DNA of 35,232 bases from the NCBI RefSeq assembly GCF_004010195.1, contig NC_057756.1, positions 5,776,034 to 5,811,265 on the forward strand, read 5' to 3'. Each line of letters starts with the position of its first letter. Positions within the stretch are counted from its first letter, which is position 1. The stretch comes from Chiloscyllium plagiosum (lineage: Eukaryota). Position numbers and translations under genes: made by a program. Below, piece by piece: positions 1 to 10,989 of this stretch. Under the pieces are notes generated by a model, which saw only the letters and a program-made list of their open reading frames with translations, had not been told where the DNA came from and searched no databases.

Positions 1-378
1 ATCCAGCACTTCCTCCTCTGTAATCTGGACATTTTGCAAGGTGTCACCATCTATTTCCCTACAATCTAATTCTTCCATATCCTTTTCCACAGTAAATACT
101 GATGCAAAATACTCATTTAATCTCTTCCTCATTTTCTGCGGCTCCACACAAGGGCCGCCTTGCTGATCTTTGAGGGGCCCTATTCTCTCCCTAGTTACCC
201 TTTTTTCCTTAACGTATTTGTAAAAACCCTTTGGATTCTCCTTAACTCTATTTCCCAAAGCTATCTCATGTCCCCTTTTTGCCCTCCTGATTTCCCTCTT
301 AAGTATACACCTACTGCCTTTACACTCTTCTAAGGATTCACTCGATCTATCCTGTCTGTACCTGACATTTGCTTCCTT
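1..378 (-). mobile_element. CR1-clade LINE ORF2 fragment (endonuclease-RT linker), runs off window start
   Basis: First ~65 nt nearly identical to 17255-17320, which encodes ...QITEEEVLD in a CR1 copy; the reverse strand matches the 'KENPK.F..Y' / 'EYFASVFT' linker region seen in other CR1 copies here. Confidence 0.8.
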
Positions 379-399
379 TAAGAAACATTTCGACAGATA

Positions 400-1090
400 G
401 CTATCTTGAGGTATAGACCAAATGGGGACAAAGTGTCCATGTGCATAGATTCCTGAAAGTTGCCACCCAGGTCGATAGGGTTGTTAAGAAGGATGTTCCT
501 GATGAAGGGATTTTGCCCGAAACGACGATTTTACTGCTCCTCGAATGCTGCCTGAACTGCTGTGCTCTTCCAGCTCCACTAATCCAGAATCTGGTTTCCA
601 GCATCTGAAGTCATTGTTTTTACCTTGTTAAGAAGGCATACAGTGTATTGGCTTTTATTGGTAGAGGGGTTGAGTTTCGGAGCCATGTTACAGCTGTACC
701 AAACTCTGCTGTTGCTGCATTTGGAGTATTGAGAACAGTTCTGGTCACCACATTATAGGTAGAATGTGGAAGCTTTGGAAAGAGTTCAGAGGGGATTTAC
801 TAGGATGTAGGGAATGGATTTACGGGTATGGAAAGCAAGTCTTATGAGGAAAGGCTGATGGACTTGAGGTTATTTTCGTTAGAGAAAAGAAGGTTAAGAA
901 GTGATTCAATCAGACATATAAGATAATCAGAGGGTTAGATAGGGTGGACAGTGAGAGCCCTTTTCTTCCGATGGCGATGGCTAGCATGAGGCGACATAGC
1001 TTTAAATCGAGGGGTGATAGATATAGGACAGATATCAGAGTTAGTTTCTTTACTCAGAGAGTAGTAGGACTGTGGAATGTCCTGCCTGCA
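400..1090 (+). mobile_element. CR1-clade LINE 3' part of ORF2 (decayed), interrupted by a hammerhead element
   Basis: LKVATQVDRVVKK..., LEY..QFWSPH..., 'FFTQRVVGLWNVLP' (ORF 944-1153) are typical CR1 ORF2 C-terminal motifs. Confidence 0.85.
493..624 (+). mobile_element. Small non-coding hammerhead-containing insert, family A (Penelope pLTR-like), copy A1
   Basis: 12-bp direct repeat TTGTTAAGAAGG at 481-492 and 625-636; core CTGATGA (499-505) A GGGA TTTT GCCC GAAA CG AC (cleavage-site U mutated to A). Confidence 0.8.
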
Positions 1091-1180
1091 GAAGTCAGTA
1101 TTTACAGTAGAAAAGGACATGGAAGATATAGAATGAGAGGAAATAGATGGTGACATCTTGAAAAATACGCATGTTGCACA

Positions 1181-1263
1181 AAAGCTAGTGCTTCCAGATA
1201 AATCTGGTGTTGTCTGATTTTTAACTTTGTCCAATCCAGTCCAACACCGGCAACTCCACATCA
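1181..1263 (+). mobile_element. Partial copy of hammerhead element family B (downstream arm only)
   Basis: AAAGCTAGTGCTTCC...GATTTTTAACTTTGTCCAATCCAGTCCAACACCGGC matches the arms of 3463-3802 and 23405-23578; the CTGATGA half of the core is absent. Confidence 0.65.
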
Positions 1264-1713
1264 CACCTTATCAATGCCTCTCATCATTTTATCGACTTCT
1301 ATATGGTCATTCCTATGCTCCGGCAAAAAAAAAGTCCCAGCCTATCCAACCTCTCCTTATAACTCAAAGCTTCCAATCCAGGTAGCATCACAGTAAACCT
1401 TTTCTGCACTCTTTCTAGTTTAATAATCTCCTTAACATCAACAACGGAGGATATTGGTTGTCAAGGTGAATTGCAATAATTATGTTACTTCCTCTGGACC
1501 TGTCCAACTGCTCCCCTGGCATGTCTCTGCTGACAGGCTCTGTGTGGGCTGAATGGCCTCTTCCTGTGCTTCTAGCTCTGTGTATGTAATTGTAACCGAT
1601 TGATGTTTCACTCTGGGCCAGATGAGGAAGTGGGGAACTGAGTGAAGACCCTTTTGTTGATGTACAGGGCTGTTACCCTGCAATGCTTGTAACCCTTGTG
1701 TCCTGAAACTGCC

Positions 1714-1996
1714 ATCTCAAGAGGGAACCTCCCAAAGATCAGATGTTACATAGCGCTGTTCAAAACAGTGAGACACTGGACAATGAGCAAGAGGACGAGA
1801 GAGGGGGAGAGAGAGAGAGAATGAGACGGCACGGTGGGTGGCACGGTGGCACAGTGGTTAGCACTGCTGCCTCACAGCGCCTGATCTCAAGAGGGAAGCT
1901 CCCAAAGATCAGATGTTACATAGCGCTGTTCAAAACAGTGAGACACTGGACAATGAGCAAGAGGGCGAGAGAGGGGGAGAGAGAGAGAGAATGAGA
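1714..1996. repeat. 113-bp direct duplication flanking a 57-bp HE1 SINE head fragment
   Basis: 1714-1826 and 1884-1996 differ at only two positions; 1827-1883 is GGCACGGTGGCACAGTGGTTAGCACTGCTGCCTCACAGCGCCTG (with a short stutter), the HE1 5' end. Confidence 0.9.
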
Positions 1997-2129
1997 TAAA
2001 GAGCATCAATAGAAAAAGGAGAGGGAATGAGTCAGCGAAAATGGAGAAAGATGCATCAAGTGACGATAGAAAATCCTGCATTTTTGACTGCCCCTTTCAC
2101 ACCCTGTGGATGTTACAGGATATTTTATA

Positions 2130-2490
2130 ATCCTGGCTGACATGGGCAGTTACTGCATTGGGGTGGGCTGCACTGTTGGATAAAATGTTAAACCAAGGCC
2201 CAAGTGCTCTTGTGAAAGATCCTGTGGTCACAATTTGGATGAAGAACAGAGGTATGTCTCCGGACTCTGCGATGATATTACAGTGTAAGACTGGACAGTC
2301 ATTCACGTTAGGTTTCAGTTCACTCCAAAAGGTGAGGAGGGATCAGAAACCAAAATATATCCATCAGCCAACATCTCTGGAAACTGATTATCTTGAACAT
2401 TGTCACTTTAATGTTTCTGAGAGCTTGCTGTATGCTATGTTTCCTCTATCACAACACTTGAGTACTTTACTAGCTGTGGTGGGACGGAGA
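2130..2490 (+). mobile_element. Old DeuSINE (SacSINE1-like) remnant
   Basis: GCTGCACTGTTGG..ATGTTAAACCAAGGCCC..GTGAAAGATCC..GAAGAACAGAGG resembles the Deu core; GAGCTTGCTGT..TTTCCT..ACAACACTTGAGTACTT resembles its tail; recognised from memory, highly diverged. Confidence 0.55.
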
Positions 2491-3462
2491 AGATGCGGAA
2501 AAAAAGTTCAAAAACAGCAAATTAAACCTGCATGCTTACTTTCTCACACACTTGAAGATGAAGAATCCAATACTCAAAATGACTCCAGCTCCAACTAATC
2601 CTGCTTTCCATTCACCAGAATCTCTACCTGGGAAAAAACAAACCAATGGATGACTACGGAACAGTTTTAGAATGGTGTTCAAGCACACATTTTATTGTTC
2701 TGTCACGCCTCACTGGGATAACTGAATCAAATCCTGCTCTTCACAAACGTTAAAGACATTTTTAGAACATGCAATATTCCCAAACCACCTATTTTCAGAT
2801 CCAGGTTGACAAAAAGCAACAATCACTATTTCCTACAGGTCTTTTGATTCCAGAACTAGGTACACAACTTAATTTAATTGAGCAACCTTGACAAATTAAA
2901 ACTGTAAAGCCCTTTTATAAACTTCCCCCGTCCTGTGTGAGGAAAAAGAAACCTACATCAGTGGAGAGACAACTGGAAACAAAATCCTGAAGTCTTTGTT
3001 GCCAAGATCTGTTGTGTTTGGCTCTTGCTGATCTGCAGTTTATCCTCAACCCTCCCTTTTTTTGAATGCAGCCCCTGATTTGCAGCAGGCACAGGGTGGC
3101 TGCTCACTTATGAAAGATCTCTGACCTATCCAATTCAGAGTCACAATTTGCAGTATCTGATGAAGGAAAACAAAAGCAGCTTTTTCCAGATTAAAGTGGC
3201 TTATTGCAGAGACCTGAGAGGTAGTGTGTTTTGGGCTGCTAGAGTGGCTCCTGGTTTCTCTTTTGGTCTGACAAAGCTTCTCACTGTCTTGCTCACAGAT
3301 TAAGCTGTGCTCAGCACCCTGACAACCCATTACATGGTTGTTGACAGGCAGAGGACCTTTGTCATTCGTAATTGGTCCCTAGTCCACACCAGTCAGACTT
3401 ACTTGTGAACAGCTCCTCAACTCCAGTTCAGCTGCACGTTACTGGAACCCACAACTACTCAA

Positions 3463-3802
3463 GATTCGGAGATGCCGGTGTTGGACTGGGGTGGACAAAG
3501 TTAAACATCACATAACACCAGGTTATAGTCCAACGGGTTTAATTGGAAGCACTAGCTTTCGGAGCGCTGCTCCTTCACCAGGTGGACAGGCATATGGACG
3601 TACATGGAATAGTGTAGGTGGGATGGGCTTCAGATTAGTATGACAGGGCAGTGCAACATCGAGGGCTGAAGGGCCTGTACTGTGCTGTAATGTTCTATGT
3701 TCGATGTTCTATGGACAACCACCTGATGAAAGTGTGCCGCTCTGAAAGCTAATGTTTGTAATTAAACCTGTTGGACTATAACCTGATGTTGTGTGATTTT
3801 TA
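3463..3802. mobile_element. Foldback hammerhead element family B, copy B1 (two inverted cores), split by a CR1 tail
   Basis: 12-bp TSD ACAACTACTCAA at 3451-3462 and 3803-3814; inverted arms ACCAGGTTATAGTCCAAC..TTTAATT / AATTAAACCTGTTGGACTATAACCTG; minus-strand core 3550-3584 and plus-strand core 3720-3754, both partly mutated. Confidence 0.8.
3589..3711 (+). mobile_element. CR1 LINE extreme 3' tail insertion
   Basis: Near-identical to 31890-32014, ends GAAGGGCCTGTACTGTGCTGTA(ATGTTCT)n; flanked by TGGACA at 3583-3588 and 3712-3717. Confidence 0.85.
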
Positions 3803-4055
3803 ACAACTACTCAAATAAGTTTCACAAAAGGAATCAAATTCCTTATTTCCAAAAGAAAACACAGCCGTCCTTGCAAACCTCTGGGTCTTAAATCACTTCC
3901 TTCTAACTTCAGTCCACAGTTTTAAAAAAAAGCACCAAAGTGAAAAGAGACAGTCTTTGCAGTTCTGAGTTTGTGAAGTGACCCACTGATACCTCTAAGG
4001 TCTAAGCAAGGAATGTAATGTTTATATACGATATCTGTATATTTGCAGCATTTGT

Positions 4056-4600
4056 AAGAACATAAGAAACAGGCGTATGAGGAGTGCATTCAGCCTCAGT
4101 CTGCCATTCACTGAGATTATAGCTGGTCAGTAAACTCTGTCTGGTATTCCTGCACCATCTTTGTACTTCTGAATATTTTAAATGTGAAGAAAGCTCCTGA
4201 TCTCTGTTGTAGAAATAGACGTGAGTGAACCTCCACAGCCCTCTGATTCACACAATGTCAAAGATTCACCATCCTCTTTATCTCTTTACCCTCTTTTTCT
4301 GAGATTGTGTCTTCCTTAGTTCAAGACCTCCCCACAGACAAGAGAAACGTCCTTCCTGCACCTACTCTGCCCTGGGGGATCTCTGGATGATTGAACGCGA
4401 TCATCTTTCAATTTTCTGAACTCCAGCGAACACAGTCCCTCATCTACGGAATCTTTCCTCGCTGGAGGATTCCTGAATCCCTGGAATTGGTGAATCTTTT
4501 TGCACCCCATCCCAAACAAGTAATTGCCTTCCTTAGGTCAGGTGACTATCGCTGCACACAGTATTCCATGTGAGGTCTGGCCGAGCAGTTATATAATTGC
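4056..4600 (-). mobile_element. Old CR1 LINE 3' fragment
   Basis: TAAGAACATAAGAA tail; reverse strand reads LEYCVQ..SP.LRK and 'GLCSLEFRKLKDD' (ORF 4316-4519). Confidence 0.7.
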
Positions 4601-4609
4601 ACTCAGATC

Positions 4610-4955
4610 GTGTGGTAGTCATGTGACTGGGAAGATAATCCAGAGGTCAGGCTAATGCTCTTGTAACATGGGTTTAAATCCCAACCCCAGCAGCCAGTGG
4701 GATTTCAACTCGATCAATCAATTGCATTGGAAGCTCGTCTAGGGGAGAGTGACCATGAAGCTATCACTGTTTGCCGTAAAACCCTGACGAGGTCACGAAT
4801 GTCCCTCAGAGAAGGCGATCTGCCATCCTTACCCAGTCTGAGCCTCCACGTAACTCCAGACCCACAGCAAAGTGGCTGTGGGGAATGGCCAAACCTCTTG
4901 GTTCATGGTCAATGAAGACTGACCTTGCCCACAATGCCAATATCCTGTGAAACAA
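4610..4955 (+). mobile_element. tRNA-derived SINE, second family (decayed)
   Basis: Head with B-box-like GGGTTTAAATCCC (4670-4682), then GTGACCATGAAGCT..GAAGGCGATCTGCCATCCTTACC..CTCCAGACCCACAGCAA, a body common in shark DNA. Confidence 0.6.
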
Positions 4956-5049
4956 TAGATATTCATGCACAATATCTGATATATATGCAGGATTTATATA
5001 TGCAGGATTCCTAATATCACAGAGGTGTCAAACGGATGGGACTATATAC

Positions 5050-5240
5050 AGGATAAACAGCGAAAGCACTTGCTATAGACAGGGCAAAGCAATCCAACAA
5101 CAATGGATCTGATCTAAGTTCTGCAGCCCCACCATATCCAGCCATGAATACTGGTGGGCAACTTACTGCAGGAGCCTCCTCAATTATAACCCTTCTCAAT
5201 GATGGGAGAGCCTGCACATCAGGGAGGCTGAGGGCTTTGG
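5050..5240 (+). mobile_element. Old LINE ORF2 linker fragment
   Basis: GCAAAGCAATCCAACAACAATGGATC..CTCAATGATGGGAGAGCC resembles a common shark CR1/L2-group LINE; no intact ORF. Confidence 0.45.
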
Positions 5241-5324
5241 AATTATCCTGTGCTGAGTGGGGATATCAGGATATGTCCCATGTCCAGAATAATCATTGAT
5301 GAAGGAAGTCTCATTATTGAGGAC

Positions 5325-5824
5325 NNNNNNNNNNNNNNNNNNNNNNNNNNNNNNNNNNNNNNNNNNNNNNNNNNNNNNNNNNNNNNNNNNNNNNNNNNNN
5401 NNNNNNNNNNNNNNNNNNNNNNNNNNNNNNNNNNNNNNNNNNNNNNNNNNNNNNNNNNNNNNNNNNNNNNNNNNNNNNNNNNNNNNNNNNNNNNNNNNNN
5501 NNNNNNNNNNNNNNNNNNNNNNNNNNNNNNNNNNNNNNNNNNNNNNNNNNNNNNNNNNNNNNNNNNNNNNNNNNNNNNNNNNNNNNNNNNNNNNNNNNNN
5601 NNNNNNNNNNNNNNNNNNNNNNNNNNNNNNNNNNNNNNNNNNNNNNNNNNNNNNNNNNNNNNNNNNNNNNNNNNNNNNNNNNNNNNNNNNNNNNNNNNNN
5701 NNNNNNNNNNNNNNNNNNNNNNNNNNNNNNNNNNNNNNNNNNNNNNNNNNNNNNNNNNNNNNNNNNNNNNNNNNNNNNNNNNNNNNNNNNNNNNNNNNNN
5801 NNNNNNNNNNNNNNNNNNNNNNNN
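5325..5824. other. Assembly gap (500 N)
   Basis: Run of N; ORFs spanning it are artefacts. Confidence 1.
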
Positions 5825-6491
5825 AGAGTGGGATTAGACTGGGTTGGACATTAAAGTGTACAGCAAGTGACAGGGAGAGTGGGATTAGTCTCAATGGGAT
5901 ATCAAATGGTTTGGAGAATGGGTGGGAGAGTTGAATTTGACTGAGTGGAGACTGAGGGGTAGAATGGCATTAAACTGTGTGGCATATTACAGGGTGCAGG
6001 GAGTGGGATTAGACTGGGTAGGTTATTACAGTGTGAGGGAAGTGAGGGGCACAGTGGAGTTTGTGGGGTTGCAATATTAGAGTGCATGGGTGTGTGGAAT
6101 GTTGGGGAAAAGGTGACTGAAATTTCACCAAATTTTAGCAAGCTTCTTCCGAGTCAGCCTCCAGAAGGAGCCCCTGTAAAGGGGGCTTCATTTCCTTCTT
6201 AAAAGGATTTACCTCGAGCATCAGCGACCTTCGTGTTCGGGAGCAGTGAGAGCGAGGGCCGGGGGCTACCGGGTAGGTAAATAAATCCTTTAAATACTTA
6301 CCTTGTCAGAGAGCACGCTGAACAGGAATGTACATGGGCCTGCTGAGTAAGTGAAGTAATATATTTGGGTGGTTACTTTACCTGAAACACTACTTTGGCA
6401 GTGCCTCCTACTCTAACCAAAAAATAGTCTGTACGCTGATTGGTAAGGTTACTAGTTTTGTTTTATACTGTCTGTTCGGGAATTTCGAACA

Positions 6492-8110
6492 GTGGGAATG
6501 GATGTTGGGACAGTTGAATGCTCCTTCTGCAGAATGTGGGAGGTAAGGATTACCATTCGTGTCCCTGCTAACTTCATCTGCAGGAAGTGCACCCAACTCC
6601 AGCTCCTCGAAAGGGAACTAGAGTTGGAGCTGGATGAATTCCGGATCATTTGGGACGAGGAGGGGCTTATAGAGAGGAGTCACAGGGAGGTAGTCTCACC
6701 TCAGGTACAAGAGAAAGGTAGATGGGTTACAGTCAGGGGATGGAAAGGCAACCGTACCAGGATATCCTGTGGCCATTCACCTCCATAACAAGAGTCTGTC
6801 CCTGTTGCTCAGAATGGAAGGAGGAAGAGGAGCAGAGCATTAGTCATTGGGGACTCCATAGTTAGGGGGACAGATAGGAGGTTCTGTGGGAGCAAGAGAG
6901 ACTCACGGTTGGTGTGTTGCCTCCCAGGTGCCAGGGTTTGTGATGTTTTGGATTGTGGTTTTGGGATCTTTAAGGGGGAGTGGGAGCAGCCCCAAATTGT
7001 GGGCCACATAGGCACTGAAGTGGGAGATGGCACAGGGCAGGGTGGCACTAGGCAAATGGACACACAAGATGGCCGCTGAGCCGTAAATTGGCCACTTGAC
7101 ACACAAGATGGCCACCGGATCACAATATGGAGAGAGAGACAGCAGAGCACTGCCTGGGGCCACCAGAATGCCAGCACAGGGCACTCATAACCTCGTTGAT
7201 GAGTTTAAGGCGGGTGAGGGAGAGAATACACATGAGTAGTGTACACTGCCCGCCGAAGTGGCTGGGTCCAGCCAATACCTCCGTTGGAAATGCTCACTGT
7301 TTGATACAGACTCAATCCAAAGTGCTAATAGCCAGGGCTGCATTAATCGTCCTTCTCAGGAAGAGCGATTAGTGCCCATTACTACAGCAATGGACTTCCA
7401 CACAGACACTGAAACTGACCATGTCTACACTGAAACTGACCATGTCTACACTGAAACTGACAATTACCGCGCTGAAATTAACAAAGGCTGCGCTGGAACT
7501 GACAATGACTGCTCCCAAACTATTAACGATTCTGCGATGTTTACAATGTTACAGAGACTATAACCTCATCACTGACCTATTCTATTACAAAATGTATAAA
7601 AGTATATGCTCTGGTTGGAGAGAAGACTTGCAGCTGACCGCTGTGCTGTTGGTCTCTCTCTCTCTCTCCGGAGCTCCGGAATTTCATTGTACAATAAACT
7701 CTTGTCACTGAACCCCGACTCTGACTCGGAGACTGGTGATTTTCCCCACAACAGCACCAACGACATAGGTAGGAAAAGGAATGGGGATGTAAGGCGGAAA
7801 TTCAGGGAGCTAGGGTGGAAAATTAGAGCTAGAATAAACAGAGTTGTTGTCTCTGGTTGGTCACCCATGCCACGTGCTAGTGAGGAGAGGCATAGGGAGA
7901 GAGAGGTGTTGAAAACGTGGCTACAGTGATGGTGCAGGAGGAGGAGGATTCAGATACCTGGATAAGTGGGGCTCATTCTGGGGCAGGTGGGACCTCTACA
8001 AATGGGAGGGTCTACACCTGAATCAGAGGGGTACCAATATCTTGGGGGGGGGGGGGGGGAGGGAAATTTGCTAATGCTGTCCGGGAGGGTTTAAACAAAT
8101 TCAGCAGGGG
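6492..8110 (+). pseudogene. CR1 ORF1: zinc finger/leucine zipper plus SGNH esterase domain, disrupted
   Basis: CSFCRMWE...FICRKC...LLERELELELDE; ALVIGDSIVRG (GDS block, ~6836-6870); HIGTNDIG split by the LTR at 7016-7753; GLHLN at ~8008-8022. Confidence 0.85.
7016..7753 (+). mobile_element. Solo LTR (Gypsy or class I ERV type), 738 bp
   Basis: TG...CA termini with imperfect inverted ends (TGAAGTGGGA / TCCCCACAACA), 4-bp TSD GCAC (7012-7015, 7754-7757), TATAAAA ~7595, AATAAA ~7693; removing it restores CACATAGGCACCAACGACATAGG (HIGTNDIG). Confidence 0.88.
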
Positions 8111-8209
8111 GAAGGGAACTTGAATTGTAGTTCCAGTACATGAGGTTGAGAGTAGAGAGGTCATAAATAAGGTTTCAAGCTTGCAGGAGTGTACCGGCAG
8201 GCAGGAAGG

Positions 8210-10785
8210 TGGTTTGAAGTGTGTCTACTTCAACGCCAGGTGCATCTGGAATAAGGTAGGTGAACTTCCAGCATGGGTTGGTACCTGGGACTTCGATGTT
8301 GTGGCCATTTCGGAGACATGGATAGTGCAGGGTCAGGAATGGTTGTTGCAGATTCCAGGGTTTAGATGTTTCAGTGAGAACAGGGAAGGTGTTAAAAGGG
8401 GGGGGGAGGTGTGGCTTTATTAGTCAGGGACAGTATTACGGTTGCAGAAAGGACGTTTGATGAGGGCCCGTCTCCTGAGGTAGTATGGGCTGAGGTTAGA
8501 AACAGGAAAGGAGAGGTCAGCCTGTTGGGAGTTTTCTATAGGCCGCCAAGAAGTTCCAGAGATGTAGGGGAAAGGATAGCAAAGATGATTCTGGATAGGA
8601 GTGAGAGAGACAGGGTAGTTCTTACGGGGGCCTTTAACTTTCCAAATATTGACCAGGAATACTATAGTTCGAGAACTTTAAATGGGTCAGTTTTTGTCCA
8701 GTGTGTGCAGGAGGGTGTCCCTCCACAGAATGTTAGGGCAGTACGGTGGCTCAGTGGTTAGCACTGCTGCCTCACAGCACCAGCATCCCAGGTTCGATCC
8801 CAGCCTTGGGCAACTGTCTGTCTGGAGTTTACACATTCTCCCAGTGTCTGCGTGGGTTTCCTCCCACAGTCCAAAGATGTGCAGGTCAGGTGATATGGCC
8901 ATGCTAAATTACCCATGGTGTTAGGTGCATTAGTCAGAGGGAAATGGGTCTGGGTGGGTTACTCTTTGGAGGGCTGGTGTGGACTGGTTGGGCTGAAGGG
9001 TCTGTTTCCACACTGTAGGGAATCTAATAAAAAAAAAATGTAGACAGGCCAACAAGGGATGAGGACACATTGGATTTTCTGCTGAGTAATGAAGCAGGTC
9101 AGGTGACAGATTTGGAGGTAGGTGAGCTATTTGATGATAGTGACCATGATTCAGTCACATTTACTTTAGCAATGGAAAGGGATAGGTATATACCGCAGAA
9201 CAAGAGTTATAGCTGGGGGAAAGGTATTGTGATACGATTAAGCAAGATTTAATATGCGTAGGATTGGGAAAGAAACTGCAGGGGATGGGCACAATTGAAA
9301 AGTGGAGCTTGTTCAAGGAACAGCTACTGCATGTCCTTGATAAGTATGTGCCTGTCAGGCAGGGAGGAAGTGGTCGAGCGAGGGAGCTGTGGTTTACGAA
9401 GGAAGTTGAATCTCTTGTCAAGAGGAAGAAGAAGGCGTATGTAAGGATGAGACGTGAAGGCCCAGTTAGGGTGCTGGAGAGTTACAAGTTAGTCAGGAAA
9501 GATCTAAAGGGAGAGCTAAGAAGTGTCAGGAGTGGACATGAGAAGTCGTTGACAGGTAGGATCAAGGAAAACCCTAAAGCTTTCCAGTGGTATGTCAGGA
9601 ATAAAAGAATGAGTCGAGTAAGATTAGGGACAATCAAGAACAGTAGTGGGAAATTGTGTGTGGAGTCCAAGGAGATAGGAGAGACACTAAATGAATATGT
9701 TTTGTCAGTATTCACACAGGAAAAATACAAAGTTGTCGAGGAGAATACTGAGGTACAGACTGCGAGACTAAACAGGATTGAGATTTACAAGGAGGAGGAG
9801 TTAGCAATTCTGCAAAGTGTGAAAATAAATAAGTCCCATGGGCTGAATGGGATTTACCGTAGGATTCTCTGGGAAGCCAGGGAGGAGATTGCAGAGCCTT
9901 TGGCTTTGATCTTCATATAATCATTGTCTACAGGAATAGTGCCAGAAGACTGGAGGAGAGCAAATGTTGTCCCCTTGTTCAAGAAGGGGAGTAGGGACAA
10001 CCCTGGGAATTATAGATCAGTGAGCTTTATGCGGTTGTGGGTAAAGTATTGGAAAGGATTACAAGAGATAGGATTTATAGTCATCTAGAGAGGAATAAGT
10101 TGATTAGGGACAGTCAACACGGTTTTGTGACGGGTAAGTCATGCCCTTTGAGAAAGTGACCAAACAGGTGGATGAGGGTAAAGCGGTTGATGTGGTGGAT
10201 ATGGATTTCAGTCAGGTGTTTGATAAGGTTCCCCACGATAGGCTACTTCACAAAATTTGGAGGTTTGGATTGAGGGTAATTTAGCGGTTTGGATCAGAAA
10301 TTGGCTCGCTGAATAAAGGCAGAGGGTGATGGTTGATGGGAAATGTTCATCCTGGAGTTCAGTTACGAGTGCGGTACTGCAAGGATCCACTGCTGTTTGT
10401 CATTTTCATAAGTGACCTGGATAAGGGAGTAGAAGATGAGTTAGTAAATTTGCAGATGGCACTAAGGTCGGAGGAGTTGTGGATAGAGCAGAAGGATGTT
10501 GTAGGTTATAGAGGGACGTGGATAAGCTGCAGAGCTGGGCTGAGAGGTGGCAAATGGAGTTTAATGTGGGAAAGTGTGAGGTGATTCACTTTGAAAGGAA
10601 TAACAGGAATACAGAGGACTGGGCTAATAGTAAGATTCTTGGGTGTCTGGATGAGCAGAAAGATCTCTGAGACCATATACATGGGCCCCTGAAAGTTGCC
10701 ACCCAGGTTGATAGGATTGTTAAGAAGGCATATGATTTTATTGGTAGAGGGATTGAGTTTCGGAGCCACAAGGTCATATTGCAGC
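8210..10785 (+). pseudogene. CR1 ORF2: APE endonuclease + reverse transcriptase, frameshifted
   Basis: LKCVYFNAR, AISETW, GVFYRPP, G(A)FNFP, DSDH; KENPKAF; DNPGNYR, SQHGF, degenerate FAD(G)TK; multiple stops and frameshifts. Confidence 0.9.
8736..9038 (+). mobile_element. HE1 SINE (V-SINE, tRNA-derived)
   Basis: A box TGGCTCAGTGG, B box GGTTCGATCCC, V-domain TGGAGTTT.CACATTCTCCC.GTGTCTGCGTGGGTTTCCTCC, CR1-like tail GAAGGGTCTGTTTCCACACTGTA. Confidence 0.92.
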
Positions 10786-10989
10786 AACAACCTACATTCA
10801 CCTAGTACCCGTAATGATCTTAACCATCTAAGCGATCATCACTTAAGAAAAACAAATCTGGCCCGGGACCACATCAGGATAGCTCAGGGTCAGGTGATGA
10901 AAAACACAGGAAAAGGCGCACTTGCTGTGAGTGCTGGATAGGTTTGTCCCACTGAGGCACAGAAGGGATGATCGGGTGAGGTCCGGCAC

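Larger units (their letters stand above)
6140..10785 (+). mobile_element. Near-full-length (3'-truncated) CR1 LINE: 5'UTR, ORF1, ORF2; decayed, with nested LTR and SINE
   Basis: Collinear ORF1 and ORF2 motifs (see the two pseudogene entries); 5' boundary approximate. Confidence 0.88.

Noticed and set aside
1098..1165. Inverted similarity to positions ~30-100
   Set aside because: Two diverged CR1 fragments in opposite orientation; not terminal inverted repeats of one element
2158..2598. 146-aa ORF in apparently unique sequence
   Set aside because: Overlaps a decayed DeuSINE, has no recognisable domain and no convincing splice structure
5196..5934. Long ORFs of 195-232 aa
   Set aside because: Composed almost entirely of N-gap codons
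5825..6110. G-rich degenerate repeats (GAGTGGGATTAG) next to the gap
   Set aside because: Only about three loose units, not telomeric TTAGGG; probably the edge of a decayed minisatellite that caused the gap
7258..7711. ORFs with repeated ETDHVYT / TLKLTMS peptides
   Set aside because: Translation of 21-bp tandem repeats within the solo LTR
8044..8063. Poly-G tract (also the C/G run at ~11483-11510) as a G-quadruplex
   Set aside because: Homopolymer expansions inside dead LINEs; no evidence of function
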